This document shows, in pieces, positions 24,961 to 38,272 of a stretch of DNA of 49,558 bases. Positions within the stretch are counted from its first letter, which is position 1; each line of letters opens with the position of its first letter. Location: NCBI GenBank assembly GCA_051453625.1, contig JBOZIK010000001.1:31794087-31843644 (forward strand). The letters are read 5' to 3'. Position numbers and translations under genes: made by a program. Source of the DNA: Welwitschia mirabilis. Taxonomy: Eukaryota. Under the pieces are notes generated by a model that saw only the letters and a program-made list of their open reading frames with translations, searched no databases and was not told where the DNA came from.

Positions 24961-27033
24961 CAAATGTATCCTTATCATGATAATTCAACTCAAGGAAAGA
25001 AAATCAAGTATAAAAAATCTAAATTAGAGCATAAATAAATCTCCTGGGCCAAATTGCATATATAGTGGAAGTGCATAAGTATCAAACTGATAGGACACTT
25101 AACATGAATTCATATGAAAACATTAATATTATCTTGTTAAAATATTACATTACATGATAAAACAACTATTTCTTTCATGTGACATGCATGTAATTATAAC
25201 ACATGATTTGTAATTATCATAAGGGACTATGCATGTAAAAATAAAATTTCATGTGATGTGAAAAATGAAAAAATAATAAAATAAAAAGAAGTAATCTTTT
25301 ATAAAAATTCATTTTATTTCTAAATACCATTCACAGCTCATACAAATAAGAAAGAGAATTTTAGTCAAATTTACCCTAGTCATTTTTATTTAAAAAAAAT
25401 TTTCCTTGAAAAGTTTATTACCGAAAATCATATCATATGGATGTAATTATGTAATTAAAATCTTGTTTCATTTTATATAAAATGTAAAATAACTTAAAAT
25501 CAAAATATGGCACTTGGAAGACTAGATTCTTTAAATTCACATAGCAAACTATTTATCTTAAACAATATTTTTAATAAATTTCGATATGTTTGACTTGAAA
25601 GATATCTATTTAATTTTAATAAAAGGATTATAAAAGTCTTAAAATATTTAAATTATATATAAAATTAAAGATTAATTTATAAAAACTATCATGTAAATGT
25701 TTATATAATTAAAGTGATACTAAGTCAATGTCAAGTTGTTTTGACTGATAAAAAGAGGTAAAAAAAGGAAGAGAGAGAAAATTCAAAATAATGGACATAG
25801 AAATTCTTAAAACCTTAAAAATACTTAAAATATGTACTAGAAAAAGTTTCTATCAATAAAGATTGAATATTAAGTAGAATTGATTAACATTGATAGAAAT
25901 AGTTCATCTGGGAAAAACTACAAAAATTACAGTCAACCCTAATTTAATTAGGAATATTAAGCAAACTAAAAAACTCGAAAATGCATGGATTGCATATTAG
26001 GAAGTATGAAAAAATCACTACAAGATAAGATCTTGAATTTTTAAAAAATACCAATAATAATAGAGAAATTTTCTATGCAAAATCATGAAAATTAAGATTT
26101 CATAGTTTAGAAATGTTTCTAAGTAAAACTACAACTTTGACTATAAATGGTCAAAAAGGGATTTTAGAGAAAATTTGGATTTAAATAATTAATGATGAAA
26201 GTTTTTAAAGCATGATAGAAATTTACTAAAAAAATATTAGAACAATTTGAGTTTTTAAAAATGAGTGATGGTTAATACAAAACCTAAAATTCACTAGTCT
26301 ACTTTGATTTTGAGAAAAGAAGAAAGAAAAGAAAACAATTCATGAAAAAATACATATTTTGTAAATAAATGTAAATAACATATTCAAAAATGATGCTACA
26401 ATACCAAAACCATCACATTTCCACATCTGATTCATGCTTAACATGTGAGAACTATAAACTGGTGCTACAATGCTAATGTAGTTATGAAAATTGCACTACA
26501 ACACTGTAGGTAGTTTGAAATATTACTTTAAACTTTCAAAAGTTAAATTAACTCAATTTTATCTTTTATAACTTATGTTACATGAAAATACCAAACTTGA
26601 CTAAATATAAATATAAAAATTATAGATCTAGAAATGCAAACTTATAGGTATTAATGTCCTTAAAGTTTATAATATCATACAATGTCATGAATCACATGTT
26701 AAAATGAGTTAAAATCATTGTATTATCAAGTGGATGAGTTATGATGATGTAAAAAGGACTATGAATCATTTATAAAGGTGATAGATTTAATTGATCCTCT
26801 ATGCTCTACATTTTTATCCTTGATCTTGACCTCCTAATCCTAGTTATCATGAATAGCCTAAATTTAGAGCATAATTCATTATTTTGAGCTCATTGAGTGT
26901 CTGAGATCCATATCACCCAAAAAAGATAAAAATACCTTCAGGAGTAGTATTATAATTTGAAAATTAATGTAAAATTATTTCTAGTGATACCTTATTTCAT
27001 AAAAAATTTATGCTTCATCAAAAAGATAAGAAA

Positions 27034-27508
27034 TGATAGTAAATCAATTTAGTGGCATTGTAATAAATCATCGTCCTAGGTGATTTAACTTAAAGAGGAG
27101 AAGAATCAGGGATCTAAATAAAAAAATATAGCATTTAAAGAATAAAAAAATCATCTAAATAATGTAACAAAGCATATAAAGTACTCAATGAGGCATGAAA
27201 AACCATTGAGAACCTTTGTATCGACCTTGAGGAGCTTTACTAAAAATAAGCAGAAATTTAAGTTAATTAAGTCCTAGAATAAGCTAAGCCATTTGGGCTT
27301 GGACAACCTATATAATGTGAATATATTATGAGACAATCTATCAAAAAAATCATTGTTATCAATCCAATCATTGTGTGTCTACCAATGATGTCGATCTCAA
27401 AGAATAAATAAGAAATATGCTTAGATAGTATAGTTAACAAATTTTTATATTAATCAATATAATTTTACCAATATTTATTCATCCCCCTTGTAAATTTTAT
27501 TGTTTTCA
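27034..27508 (+). repeat. Putative SIRE/Sirevirus-like LTR (3' or solo)
   Basis: It ends TATTCATCCCCCTT...TTTTCA, resembling the SIRE U5 ATTCACCCCCCT signature, and has cctatataa at ~27307. It is preceded by catcaaaaagataagaaaTG, a possibly decayed PPT. Confidence 0.45.
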
Positions 27509-28649
27509 ATGAATTAAATGAAATAATACATGTGTATGAGGTATTTGTATTTGTATTATTTTCCAAAATAGTGAAACCTAGATTTGACATGATTTTTCCT
27601 TTGTGAAACATGGGATTTCTTACATGTTTAATTGTATCTTGAGTTTCTAATCTCCTTAAAACTTTTTAATAGGAAAATTACCCTTTAAAATATTTAATAA
27701 AATCTCTATTTTGTTTTACTTTTCTTTAAGCTAACCTAGGAAAATCATTCTAATTTATTACTAAATTACTTTAAAAAATAACTAGATATTGAATCAAATA
27801 CTAACTGGTTCTTTTATATTTTTTAAAGTAATTATCATATTAAGCATAAAATTTTTTTTCTTAAATCATGTAACATTTTTAGATGAATAATTTTGAATCT
27901 CTAACTAATATATTATTCAATTTATTTATGAGGATTCTCTAGTACTATAGTGAATTTCTTGTTATTCAAAGATACTAAAATTTTTCTTTCTTCTAATTCT
28001 TCTACCTTTTATGCTAGTTCTTGATTATTTATATTTAATTATTTAATTTTTCTTATTAGTTATATAATATTCTTAATAAACTTATCATTATTCCTTTCTT
28101 CTTTAAATCATCTTTTCTCTATATTCTCATGGTGCGAAATTTAAGCTTTAAGATTGTTATCAAAATAAAAATATAGATAATGAATTAAGATTTTTGGCTA
28201 AATATTTATCTTATTATTTATCATTTTTACTTCTTCAAAAACTTCTACCATTAGATTTGGCTAGAGCTTATGAATTATGGGATTTTGAATCTTCTATTTT
28301 AGGCCAATTATTGTAATTTATTTTTCTAATTTGTAATTTTTATTTTAAAATTTAATTTTTTATCAAAAAATTTAAAGTTAATTTTGTAGTTGTTAAATAT
28401 TCTTAGTCCTAAATTAGGTCTATTAGAATATTTTCTATTGTAATTAAATAATCTAATTTTTTAGAGATTCATTTTCTCTTCTTAAGTTCCTTAAATCTTT
28501 AATATTATTAAAAGTACTAATATTGTAAGAAATATTTATTGACTATAAATTCTTTTTTTAATAGAATAAAATATTTATAATTTCTAAAATTGTAACTTTG
28601 AATTCATTTATTAATATTTTTAAAGATTTCTAGTACTTGGCATTATCAT

Positions 28650-29960
28650 TGTTGCATTGCCAATTTGTAGTTATTTGATGGAGTTTTATGAGTTGTTTTG
28701 TAGGACTTTTATATAGGTTTAGGCGCAATTCTAAGGATTTCGGAGNNNNNNNNNNNNNNNNNNNNNNNNNNNNNNNNNNNNNNNNNNNNNNNNNNNNNNN
28801 NNNNNNNNNNNNNNNNNNNNNNNNNNNNNNNNNNNNNNNNNNNNNTATGAGTTGTTTTGTAGGACTTTTATATAGGTTTAGGTGAAATTCTAAGGATTTT
28901 AGAGATTCAATAGAAAATCTTGGTAATGTGTGATTCTTACCTAGATTTGATGTATTAAACACACATTCTAATGTATATAGCTTTAGAGAAAGATTATTAA
29001 CAAAAATACTAAGTTTGTCCTAAAAAATGATTAAAAAAGACTATCATCCCCTCCATCGTTTCCATGACAGGTAAGACAATGACACATTTGCATTCTAACG
29101 TGGACAACTGAGTTATCATTCTAAATCATCTTTTATCATAATTTGTCATCCCATTGTCATACAGATGGTATTCAGGATGACACTAACATGTAACTGACTC
29201 TGACAGCGACTATTCACCATTTCTTCTATTTCTTAATTGTAAATGAGTGCACCTTACCATGTTTTATATTGTCTTTTTATACTATATTTTCTTATAAATA
29301 GGNNNNNNNNNNNNNNNNNNNNNNNNNNNNNNNNNNNNNNNNNNNNNNNNNNNNNNNNNNNNNNNNNNNNNNNNNNNNNNNNNNNNNNNNNNNNNNNNNN
29401 NNTTGTCTTTTTATACTATATTTTCTTATAAATAGGTTCTTCTCATTATCGGAGATCAAAGGGTATGAGATCCATCTCGAGTATTATAAAAAGATATTTC
29501 TTTGGTAAAGGGTTATGTATCCTTAACTCAAATGTTGTTACTTTTCTTAATACAAAAACCTTATTTTATTTTTGTGTTTACATGTTAGTTTCTTTAATGA
29601 TCCTTGTGGGCTATATTGCCATTGATCCAGTGATAATTTCTTACATGANNNNNNNNNNNNNNNNNNNNNNNNNNNNNNNNNNNNNNNNNNNNNNNNNNNN
29701 NNNNNNNNNNNNNNNNNNNNNNNNNNNNNNNNNNNNNNNNNNNNNNNNNNNNNNNNNNNNNNNNNNNNNNNNNNNNNNNNNNNNNNNNNNNNNNNNNNNN
29801 NNNNNNNNNNNNNNNNNNNNNNNNNNNNNNNNNNNNNNNNNNNNNNNNNNNNNNNNNNNNNNNNNNNNNNNNNNNNNNNNNNNNNNNNNNNNNNNNNNNN
29901 ATTTTATGAATGATAAAATCATTTTGAACTTAAGAACTTGCAGAAATACACACTATAACT
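28650..29960 (+). repeat. Element E 5' LTR (gapped)
   Basis: Starts TGTTGCATTGCCAATTTG, is colinear with 36104-37187 and contains three N gaps. Confidence 0.85.
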
Positions 29961-30456
29961 AATTAGCATTATTACCAGGGAAGGCTATTGAGGAGTAAAA
30001 GGATTATCATTATTCGGGTAAGTATATCGGACCTTGGTTTAGTTATTTATATATAGTAATATTATATTTTATTAGGAACTATAGGTTTTGTATGTGCAGA
30101 TTTTTAGTTTCATTTTTTTCATATTTAGTTTTCTATAAAAATATAGTGGTCATTCCCTTTATCGTCCACATGATAGTCAAGATGATAGTGTATGATTTTT
30201 TCTTTTAGTTTTATTTTTAATTTTTTATTTTTTCGTAAAGAAATTAATTTCTAATCATCTTCTCTAATGTCTGGATGATCAAGAGAATGACAGTCCTATT
30301 TTCTAAGTTTTTCACTTTTTGTTTCGGTTTCCATTTTATTTCTATTTTCTAGTTTCTATGTGTTTCATCCCTTCTATCATCCTCATGATAGAAAGGATGA
30401 TAGTTTGTTGTTTTTATCCTAGTTTTTGTTATTCATCATTTACAGGATACTATAAT

Positions 30457-33400
30457 ATGGTTAATCTTGAGAAGAAATATTAAAGATAAATACTACTAAT
30501 AGAGAAGAACATTAAAGAAGGATTGGTGAATATAAAAAATGAATCAGAAATCAATCTTTAGGTGCACTCAATCCTCCTTTTGAATTTAATTTTTCTAAAT
30601 CAAATTTTCTTAATGAAAACCTTATAGAAGAAGAGAACTAATTCACAATGTTAAGTACGCCCCAAAAGGAAAAACAAATGATAGGATCTTCCAACCCTAA
30701 TGTAAACATTACCCTTAGAGAATTGTTAGCCAAAAAGAAATAAGAGATTACAACCCCTTTTGATCTACTCCTTTGAGATGACGTTGAACTTAAAAATTTA
30801 AATTCCTATCCAAGTTTTAGTGAAGAAGATATTGAGGATTCCCTTTAACACATAGCAAATATAAAATAATTAATCCTCACCTCAAGAAATTAGAAGTAAA
30901 AAAACTAATAGAACATATATGATAATATTTCCCATGACATTAAAGAGTAGAGTAAAAATTTGACTAAAAACCATACCCCACAAAATCTTAAAAACATGGA
31001 ATCAAGTATGAAAAACTTTTGTAAATAGATTTATAAGTGAAAAAACCATGAGAAAATGAAAAAATAAGGTAATAAACTTTCAAAAAAAACCACCTAAATA
31101 TTATGCCTCTGTATATAAGCGTTAGTTTATAGCCTACCATTCTAATTTAATACATGCTTTTTCATCAATAGAACTAATAGACTAATTATATAGTGGGCTA
31201 ACTCCACATACCAAAAAACTTGTAGATTNNNNNNNNNNNNNNNNNNNNNNNNNNNNNNNNNNNNNNNNNNNNNNNNNNNNNNNNNNNNNNNNNNNNNNNN
31301 NNNNNNNNNNNNNNNNNNNNNNNNNNNNNNNNNNNNNNNNNNNNNNNNNNNNNNNNNNNNNNNNNNNNNNNNNNNNNNNNNNNNNNNNNNNNNNNNNNNN
31401 NNNNNNNNNNNNNNNNNNNNNNNNNNNNNNNNNNNNNNNNNNNNNNNNNNNNNNNNNNNNNNNNNNNNNNNNNNNNNNNNNNNNNNNNNNNNNNNNNNNN
31501 NNNNNNNNNNNNNNNNNNNNNNNNNNNNNNNNNNNNNNNNNNNNNNNNNNNNNNNNNNNNNNNNNNNNNNNNNNNNNNNNNNNNNNNNNNNNNNNNNNNN
31601 NNNNNNNNNNNNNNNNNNNNNNNNNNNNNNNNNNNNNNNNNNNNNNNNNNNNNNNNNNNNNNNNNNNNNNNNNNNNNNNNNNNNNNNNNNNNNNNNNNAA
31701 CCATACCCACAAAATCTTAAAAACATGGAATCAAGTATGAAAAACTTTTGTAAATATATTTATAAGTGAAAAAACCATGAGAAAATGAAAAAAAGAGGTA
31801 ATAAACTTTCAAAAAGAACCACCTAAATATTATGCCTCTATATATAAGTGTTTGTTTATAGCCTACCATTCTAATCTAATACATGCTTTTTCATCAATAG
31901 AACTAATAGACTAATTTTATAGTGGGCTAACTCCACATACCAAAAAACTTGTAGATTTTTCTTATGGAGGAAACCTCATGAACCTTACATTAGATGATGT
32001 CTTGTCAAAATTAAAAGAACTTGTGGAGGTTACTCAAACCTAGACATCTCCTAAACAAAATTTAATGGTAGGCTAACTTATCAAAGACTTAAAAGAGATT
32101 AAACAATAAAAATAGGTAAAATCCAATTCTATAAATTCCATGAGAGATTTTACAATAATCTTATAGAAGTATGTAGAAATAATCTTAGATGTCAAATCCA
32201 CAGCTAAAAGAAATGTTCTGTAAACTTGTGATTTATGTGAGGATAATTATCATGTTACCAAAAAGTATCCTCTTTGCCAACATACAATGGAAGAATACAT
32301 GAATACTTTTGTACTTTCAATTAATCTTCTCAAAACTTTAGAAATCAAAATTAGGCACAACCTAGGTTAAACATTCATTTCCAGAATAATCCTCAACCTT
32401 TAAGAAACTGATTCAAAAACACAAACTATCAATCAAGATTATCAAAANNNNNNNNNNNNNNNNNNNNNNNNNNNNNNNNNNNNNNNNNNNNNNNNNNNNN
32501 NNNNNNNNNNNNNNNNNNNNNNNNNNNNNNNNNNNNNNNNNNNNNNNNNNNNNNNNNNNNNNNNNNNNNNNNNNNNNNNNNNNNNNNNNNNNNNNNNNNN
32601 NNNNNNNNNNNNNNNNNNNNNNNNNNNNNAAAAAAGATTTTAAGGTTGTGACAAGAAGTGGATAAGAAGCAAATCCTCCTCCATGTGAATCTTTCAACTT
32701 AAATGATATAGAAGAAGAGAAAGATGACATTGAGATATTAGAAGATTACAACTTTCCTTCTCTTTGAAAAAAGAAAAAGAAAAATCCTTCTCAACAAATC
32801 ACTCACTATCTTGATAGGCTTAACAATAATTCAACTCTCAATGAATATCTAAGAGCCTTAATGAAAAATGTAAGCATAAATTTACCCTTTAGAAAACTTT
32901 TGCNNNNNNNNNNNNNNNNNNNNNNNNNNNNNNNNNNNNNNNNNNNNNNNNNNNNNNNNNNNNNNNNNNNNNNNNNNNNNNNNNNNNNNNNNNNNNNNNN
33001 NNNTAGGCTTAACAATAATTCAACTCTCAATGAATATCTAAGAGCCTTAATGAAAAATGTAAGCATAAATTCACCCTTTAGGAAACTTTTGCAACAAAAT
33101 CCAGGGTACTTAAAATCATGGAAAGACTTAATAAGAAGAAAACAAAAATAAGTCATTCCTAGCAAAGTTTTTCTAGCATAATCCCTCACAAATTTAGTGT
33201 TATAAAGACCACCTAAATTTAAAGATCTATGAGTAGCTATGATGAATGTTACTTTAGAGGGAAATAAAAAGATTAGAAAAGCCTTAATAGACATTGAAGT
33301 AAGTGTTAACATTATGCCACTTCACATTTGTAAGAGACTTGGTTTTGAGGATAGAATAGAGTCTACTCTTGTTGTCTTAGAATTAAGAAATCATTAGTCA

Positions 33401-34138
33401 TTATTAAATATTTGGAAATACAAATTGAAGAGGCTTGCTACCTAATATATGTGATTATTATAGAAGTTTATCATAACAAAAGATACCTTTTAATTCTAAG
33501 ATGAGCCTTTTTTGTGATAGCCCATTGCATCATTGATACTAAAGCTAGAATAACGAAATGTTACTTTGAAAATAGAATGTTTACATTTAGTGTCTTTGCT
33601 GTACTAATAAAGATTTAGATGATGAAATAAACATTGAACATAACATCAAACCAACTTTATTCCTACAACATCACCCACTTGAAGAAAAAAGATGGAATCA
33701 CATGAATTGATACTTTATGATGACCAACTTGAGATTGAAGAAACCATTAATATCTCCAAATTTGAGAGTGAGAAAGAGCCTTTAATGTATAAGGAAGTCC
33801 AACTTTTTGATTTACACCTTGAAGGAAATTGTTCATTACATGAATAAATTGAAAATCAGAATCTTTTTAATGGACTTGAAGATAATTTTCTTTGGGATAA
33901 TTAAAATAAAATTCTTGCACTCAATGAAAATATTTCACCAGAGTTACCATTTATCTCCCCTTTAACTTTTAATATTTGTACTTTAATGTGGTATTACAGA
34001 GTGCTTTCCATTACCCCTCTCTTTATCCAATTGATTTTACTTAAAAATAGTTGTACATATCTTATGTTTTATCAATTAGTAAATTTCTAGTGTGAATCTT
34101 ATTTCTCTAAAAATCTTGAAACTAAAGAAGATCCTTAA
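30457..34138 (+). pseudogene. Element E gag-protease remnant with hydrophobic C-terminal tail
   Basis: MVNLEKK...FSEEDIEDSL*HIANI...FPMTLKSRVKI (gag) and KALIDIEVSVNIMPLHICKRL (protease, ~33280). The tail reads ELPFISPLTFNICTLMWYYRVLSITPLFIQLILL. Confidence 0.8.
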
Positions 34139-36103
34139 TTTTTCCTTCTTTATTTTTAATAAAAATGTGCTTTAGATTTAGAAATTAAATAAAGTTTTCT
34201 TCTCTTGCTATTTTCTTTTTAGTTTTCTATTTTAATAGTCTCTGATTTCATTTTCTGTTTTTAGTTTTTATTTCTATTTGTAGTTTATACTTTAACCTTT
34301 TTATCATAATAATCTATTATCCCTTATGTCATCCTCATAACATATAGGATGCAAGTTAGTTTTGTTAGTTTTCTAGCTTTCTAATAATTTTTTATTTTTT
34401 CTGATAAATTTTCTATTTCTCTCTCTCTGTAATCCTCTCTGTTATCTTGATGATGAGCAAGATGATAGTTAATAAAATAATCATTCTTTTTTTTTTTTTC
34501 TTATTTTGTGAAAACACATTTGTATGGATTTGTTGAGATTTTTGACTTGACTTCTTGATAATTTCAAGAAGTAAATGGATAAAATTTGGAATTTCACAAG
34601 TAAATGGTCTGAATTTTCTTTTAGCTTTTTTCTTTAGAGATTATTATGGCATTACTTGATTATTTTTTAAACTTGACTTATGTATTTATCTCCATGGCTA
34701 GTCTTTTGACTTGGGAATTTCAGTGGTAAGATTGGATTCACCCACTCTTAGAACATTCACATGTTCATGAACTTCAGTTTAAAGGAAGATTCTTATTTTT
34801 CTCAATGGTAAAAAAATCTTAGATTGTTTAAGAGTGTTTTTTTCTATCTTTATCTTAATACTTTCACCTTTGTCTTTTCAAATGTTTGATCATGTGAAAT
34901 GTTTATTTTTTTATTAAAAGAAAGAAAGAAAGAAAGAAAGAGATGAAAATAGATGATGTCCTACCACAAGTACACTAGGGCAAATATTTATGAAAGAATC
35001 CTTTTGTAGTGTAATATGGTAGTTATGAGAACTTCACTAGGAGGTTAGTTGACCATGCTTTACAGGTCCTTACTTATCTTATGGTGGTTTTACTTCCCTC
35101 ATCATGGANNNNNNNNNNNNNNNNNNNNNNNNNNNNNNNNNNNNNNNNNNNNNNNNNNNNNNNNNNNNNNNNNNNNNNNNNNNNNNNNNNNNNNNNNNNN
35201 NNNNNNNNNNNNNNNNNNNNNNNNNNNNNNNNNNNNNNNNNNNNNNNNNNNNNNNNNNNNNNNNNNNNNNNNNNNNNNNNNNNNNNNNNNNNNNNNNNNN
35301 NNNNNNNNNNNNNNNNNNNNNNNNNNNNNNNNNNNNNNNNNNNNNNNNNNNNNNNNNNNNNNNNNNNNNNNNNNNNNNNNNNNNNNNNNNNNNNNNNNNN
35401 NNNNNNNNNNNNNNNNNNNNNNNNNNNNNNNNNNNNNNNNNNNNNNNNNNNNNNNNNNNNNNNNNNNNNNNNNNNNNNNNNNNNNNNNNNNNNNNNNNNN
35501 NNNNNNNNNNNNNNNNNNNNNNNNNNNNNNNNNNNNNNNNNNNNNNNNNNNNNNNNNNNNNNNNNNNNNNNNNNNNNNNNNNNNNNNNNNNNNNNNNNNN
35601 NNNNNNNNNNNNNNNNNNNNNNNNNNNNNNNNNNNNNNNNNNNNNNNNNNNNNNNNNNNNNNNNNNNNNNNNNNNNNNNNNNNNNNNNNNNNNNNTTATA
35701 GATCTATATTTTTCAAATATGACATTACTCAGCTTTGAACTTTATTTTAGAAAGATGTCCTCTTTTACTTACCTTCTCACTCCCTTATACATTTTTTACT
35801 TTATTTTCCAATATGAGATGTATTACTTTTTCTTTTTTGTATTGGGGGGAGAAGGGGAAGGGGGGTGATGGGGGCAAAGACACATTTTCATATCTCATTC
35901 TCAAAAATTTTTAACTTAATTAAAACCTTTTATGAGATAATTTTTTTTTTTTCAAAATTTTNNNNNNNNNNNNNNNNNNNNNNNNNNNNNNNNNNNNNNN
36001 NNNNNNNNNNNNNNNNNNNNNNNNNNNNNNNNNNNNNNNNNNNNNNNNNNNNNNNNNNNNNNNNNNNNNNNTTAGGGACTAAAAAAGGCTAAGTGGAAGG
36101 CTA

Positions 36104-37187
36104 TGTTGTGCTACCAATTTGTGGTTATTTGATGGGGTTTTATGAGTTATTTTATAGGATGTTTATATAGGTTTAGGTGTAATTCTAAAGATTTTGGACA
36201 TTTAACAGGAAATCTCAGAAATGTATGATTCTTATCTAGATTTGTTGTATTAAAGGCATATTTTGATGCACAAAGATTTGAAGAAGAACTTCTGACAAAA
36301 ATCCTAAGTTTTTTCTTAAGAAAATGATTAAAGAAGACCATTATCTCCTTTGTCTTTCCCACGATAGGAAGGACGATGACACATTTTCATGCTGATATGG
36401 AATGCTAAGTAATCATTTTGAATCATATTTTGTAATAAGTTATTATCCTAATTGTCGTCCGGATCATAGTAAAGATGACACTAACATGTAACCAACTCTA
36501 ATAGTCACCCTTGACCATTTTGTCTATTTCTGAATTATAAATGAGCACACCTTATCATGCCTTTTGTTGTCTTTTTTTACTGTGTTTTCTTATAAATAAA
36601 TCATCCTTTGATTATTCTTCTTACCTTTATTACACTGGAAATTCTCATAATAGGAGATCAAAGGGTAGGAGATCCATCTCGAGTGTTGTAGAAAGATGTT
36701 CCTTTAGTGGAGGGTTATGTATCCTCCATTGAAGCTCAACTATTTTGTAATCTAAATTTTGTTACTCTTATTAATACAAAAACCTTATTTTGCTTTCATA
36801 TTTGCATGTTAGTTTCTTTAATAACTCTTATAATCTATGTTGCCCTTGATCTGGTGATAATTTCTTGGATGATATAGATTATCAAGGGCAACCTTTATTA
36901 AGGATGTAAGCAAGTAGTATTAGTTTCATTTTGTATTTCATCTAAATTTAGTTGCATCTTGAATTTGCATTGTACCTTTTATTTCTTCCATTATTCTTTA
37001 TTTATGATTTATTTTATTCTTTTACAAAGTAATATAAATCTCATCTCATAGTATTCAACATGAATATGACATTTTAGATTTACTCTCACTCATAATAGTG
37101 TGTTGTATTATGTGAGATATCTATTTATTTTATGAATGACAGAATTCTTTTGAACTTAAGCACTTTGCACAAATACACACTACAACA
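36104..37187 (+). repeat. Element E 3' LTR
   Basis: TGTTGTGCTACCAATTT...cacactacaaCA, a direct repeat of the 5' LTR. Confidence 0.9.
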
Positions 37188-38272
37188 ATCATATGTAATA
37201 AATATATAGTTTTTAAGTTGAATTTTTAAAATTAATATAATCAAAATTTATGTTTGTTAAAGGTTATATGGAAGTGAAGGTATTGGAAAATTTTAGAAGT
37301 ATAGGATGACATATCTCTAAAACTTCTAAAATGTTATTATTATTGAAATTCTAATATAATTCCCACTTATTTTCATTTGTTAATTAAAAAAAAGCACTCT
37401 TATTTCAATTATTTTTAAGGCTTTGATCAAACTATCTTTTACTAAAATAAGAAGTTTTTATTTTAAGATATACTCTTAATATAAGCTCTTTTGTAAGTAC
37501 TAAAAAGTTTTATGAAAATTATTCTATTAAGACTAAATAATCTAAATATATACTTTGATCTTCTATTATTGTTATTTTTGCCTTAAACATTTGAATTCTA
37601 AAAGCTATTACTTCATTAATGATTGCTTATTCCAAATTAATATTTTAACTATTACTTTTATCAAACTAAATCTTTTAAAATTTTAATCTTCAAATTTATT
37701 TTTTTAATGCTAATGGCAAAAACATTTGTATATATGATTGTAGAAACTAAAAAATTAATAGGATTATTATCCTTATCATAGTTTGCTATAATTTCTTCTC
37801 TTAACTCAAAATTTTTTAAGATTTAATTTTAAGAGGTTCTAATTTATTTCTATCTTTAACTTTGAGACTCAAAATCCAACTATTGATAGGTAAATGCAAT
37901 AAAATTTTTTTTTACTAAGTATTTATCAAATCTAGATTTAATTCTTGTAACTAAAATTTTTAAAACTATCTTTTAATTTTAATCCATAATTTTTTTGAAT
38001 AAAGTATAAAACTATAGTATGAGAGATAGAGTATTTTCCCTTTAGAGTTAACAATTTATTCCACTTTAGTTATATCATTTAGTCCCTATTCTATACAAGA
38101 TGGGGATTTTTCATTAAAGATGAATAATTTACCTCTAATATCATTACAATTTCTAAGAAAAATTAATACTTAGTTTTAGCAATTTAAGTCCTAATTTATA
38201 GACTTCAAGCTTCTAAAACAATAGAAAATACTATAACATAATTATAAAAATTCATACTTCTAATTTTAAGTA

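Larger units (their letters stand above)
28650..37187 (+). mobile_element. Element E: second full-length copy of the gag + protease-only family
   Basis: TG...CA termini and a perfect 5-bp TSD ATCAT (28645-28649 and 37188-37192). PBS remnant at 29964-29981 and PPT at 36091-36100. The interior is colinear with B. Confidence 0.9.

Noticed and set aside
22500..28640. Endogenous viral (caulimovirid or NCLDV) origin for the unassigned AT-rich DNA
   Set aside because: No movement-protein, capsid or viral polymerase motif is recognisable, and a retrotransposon 3' region explains it more simply.
31142..35868. Long ORFs in the track (31142-31726, 35049-35868, also 29465-29962)
   Set aside because: They consist almost entirely of X residues from N runs.
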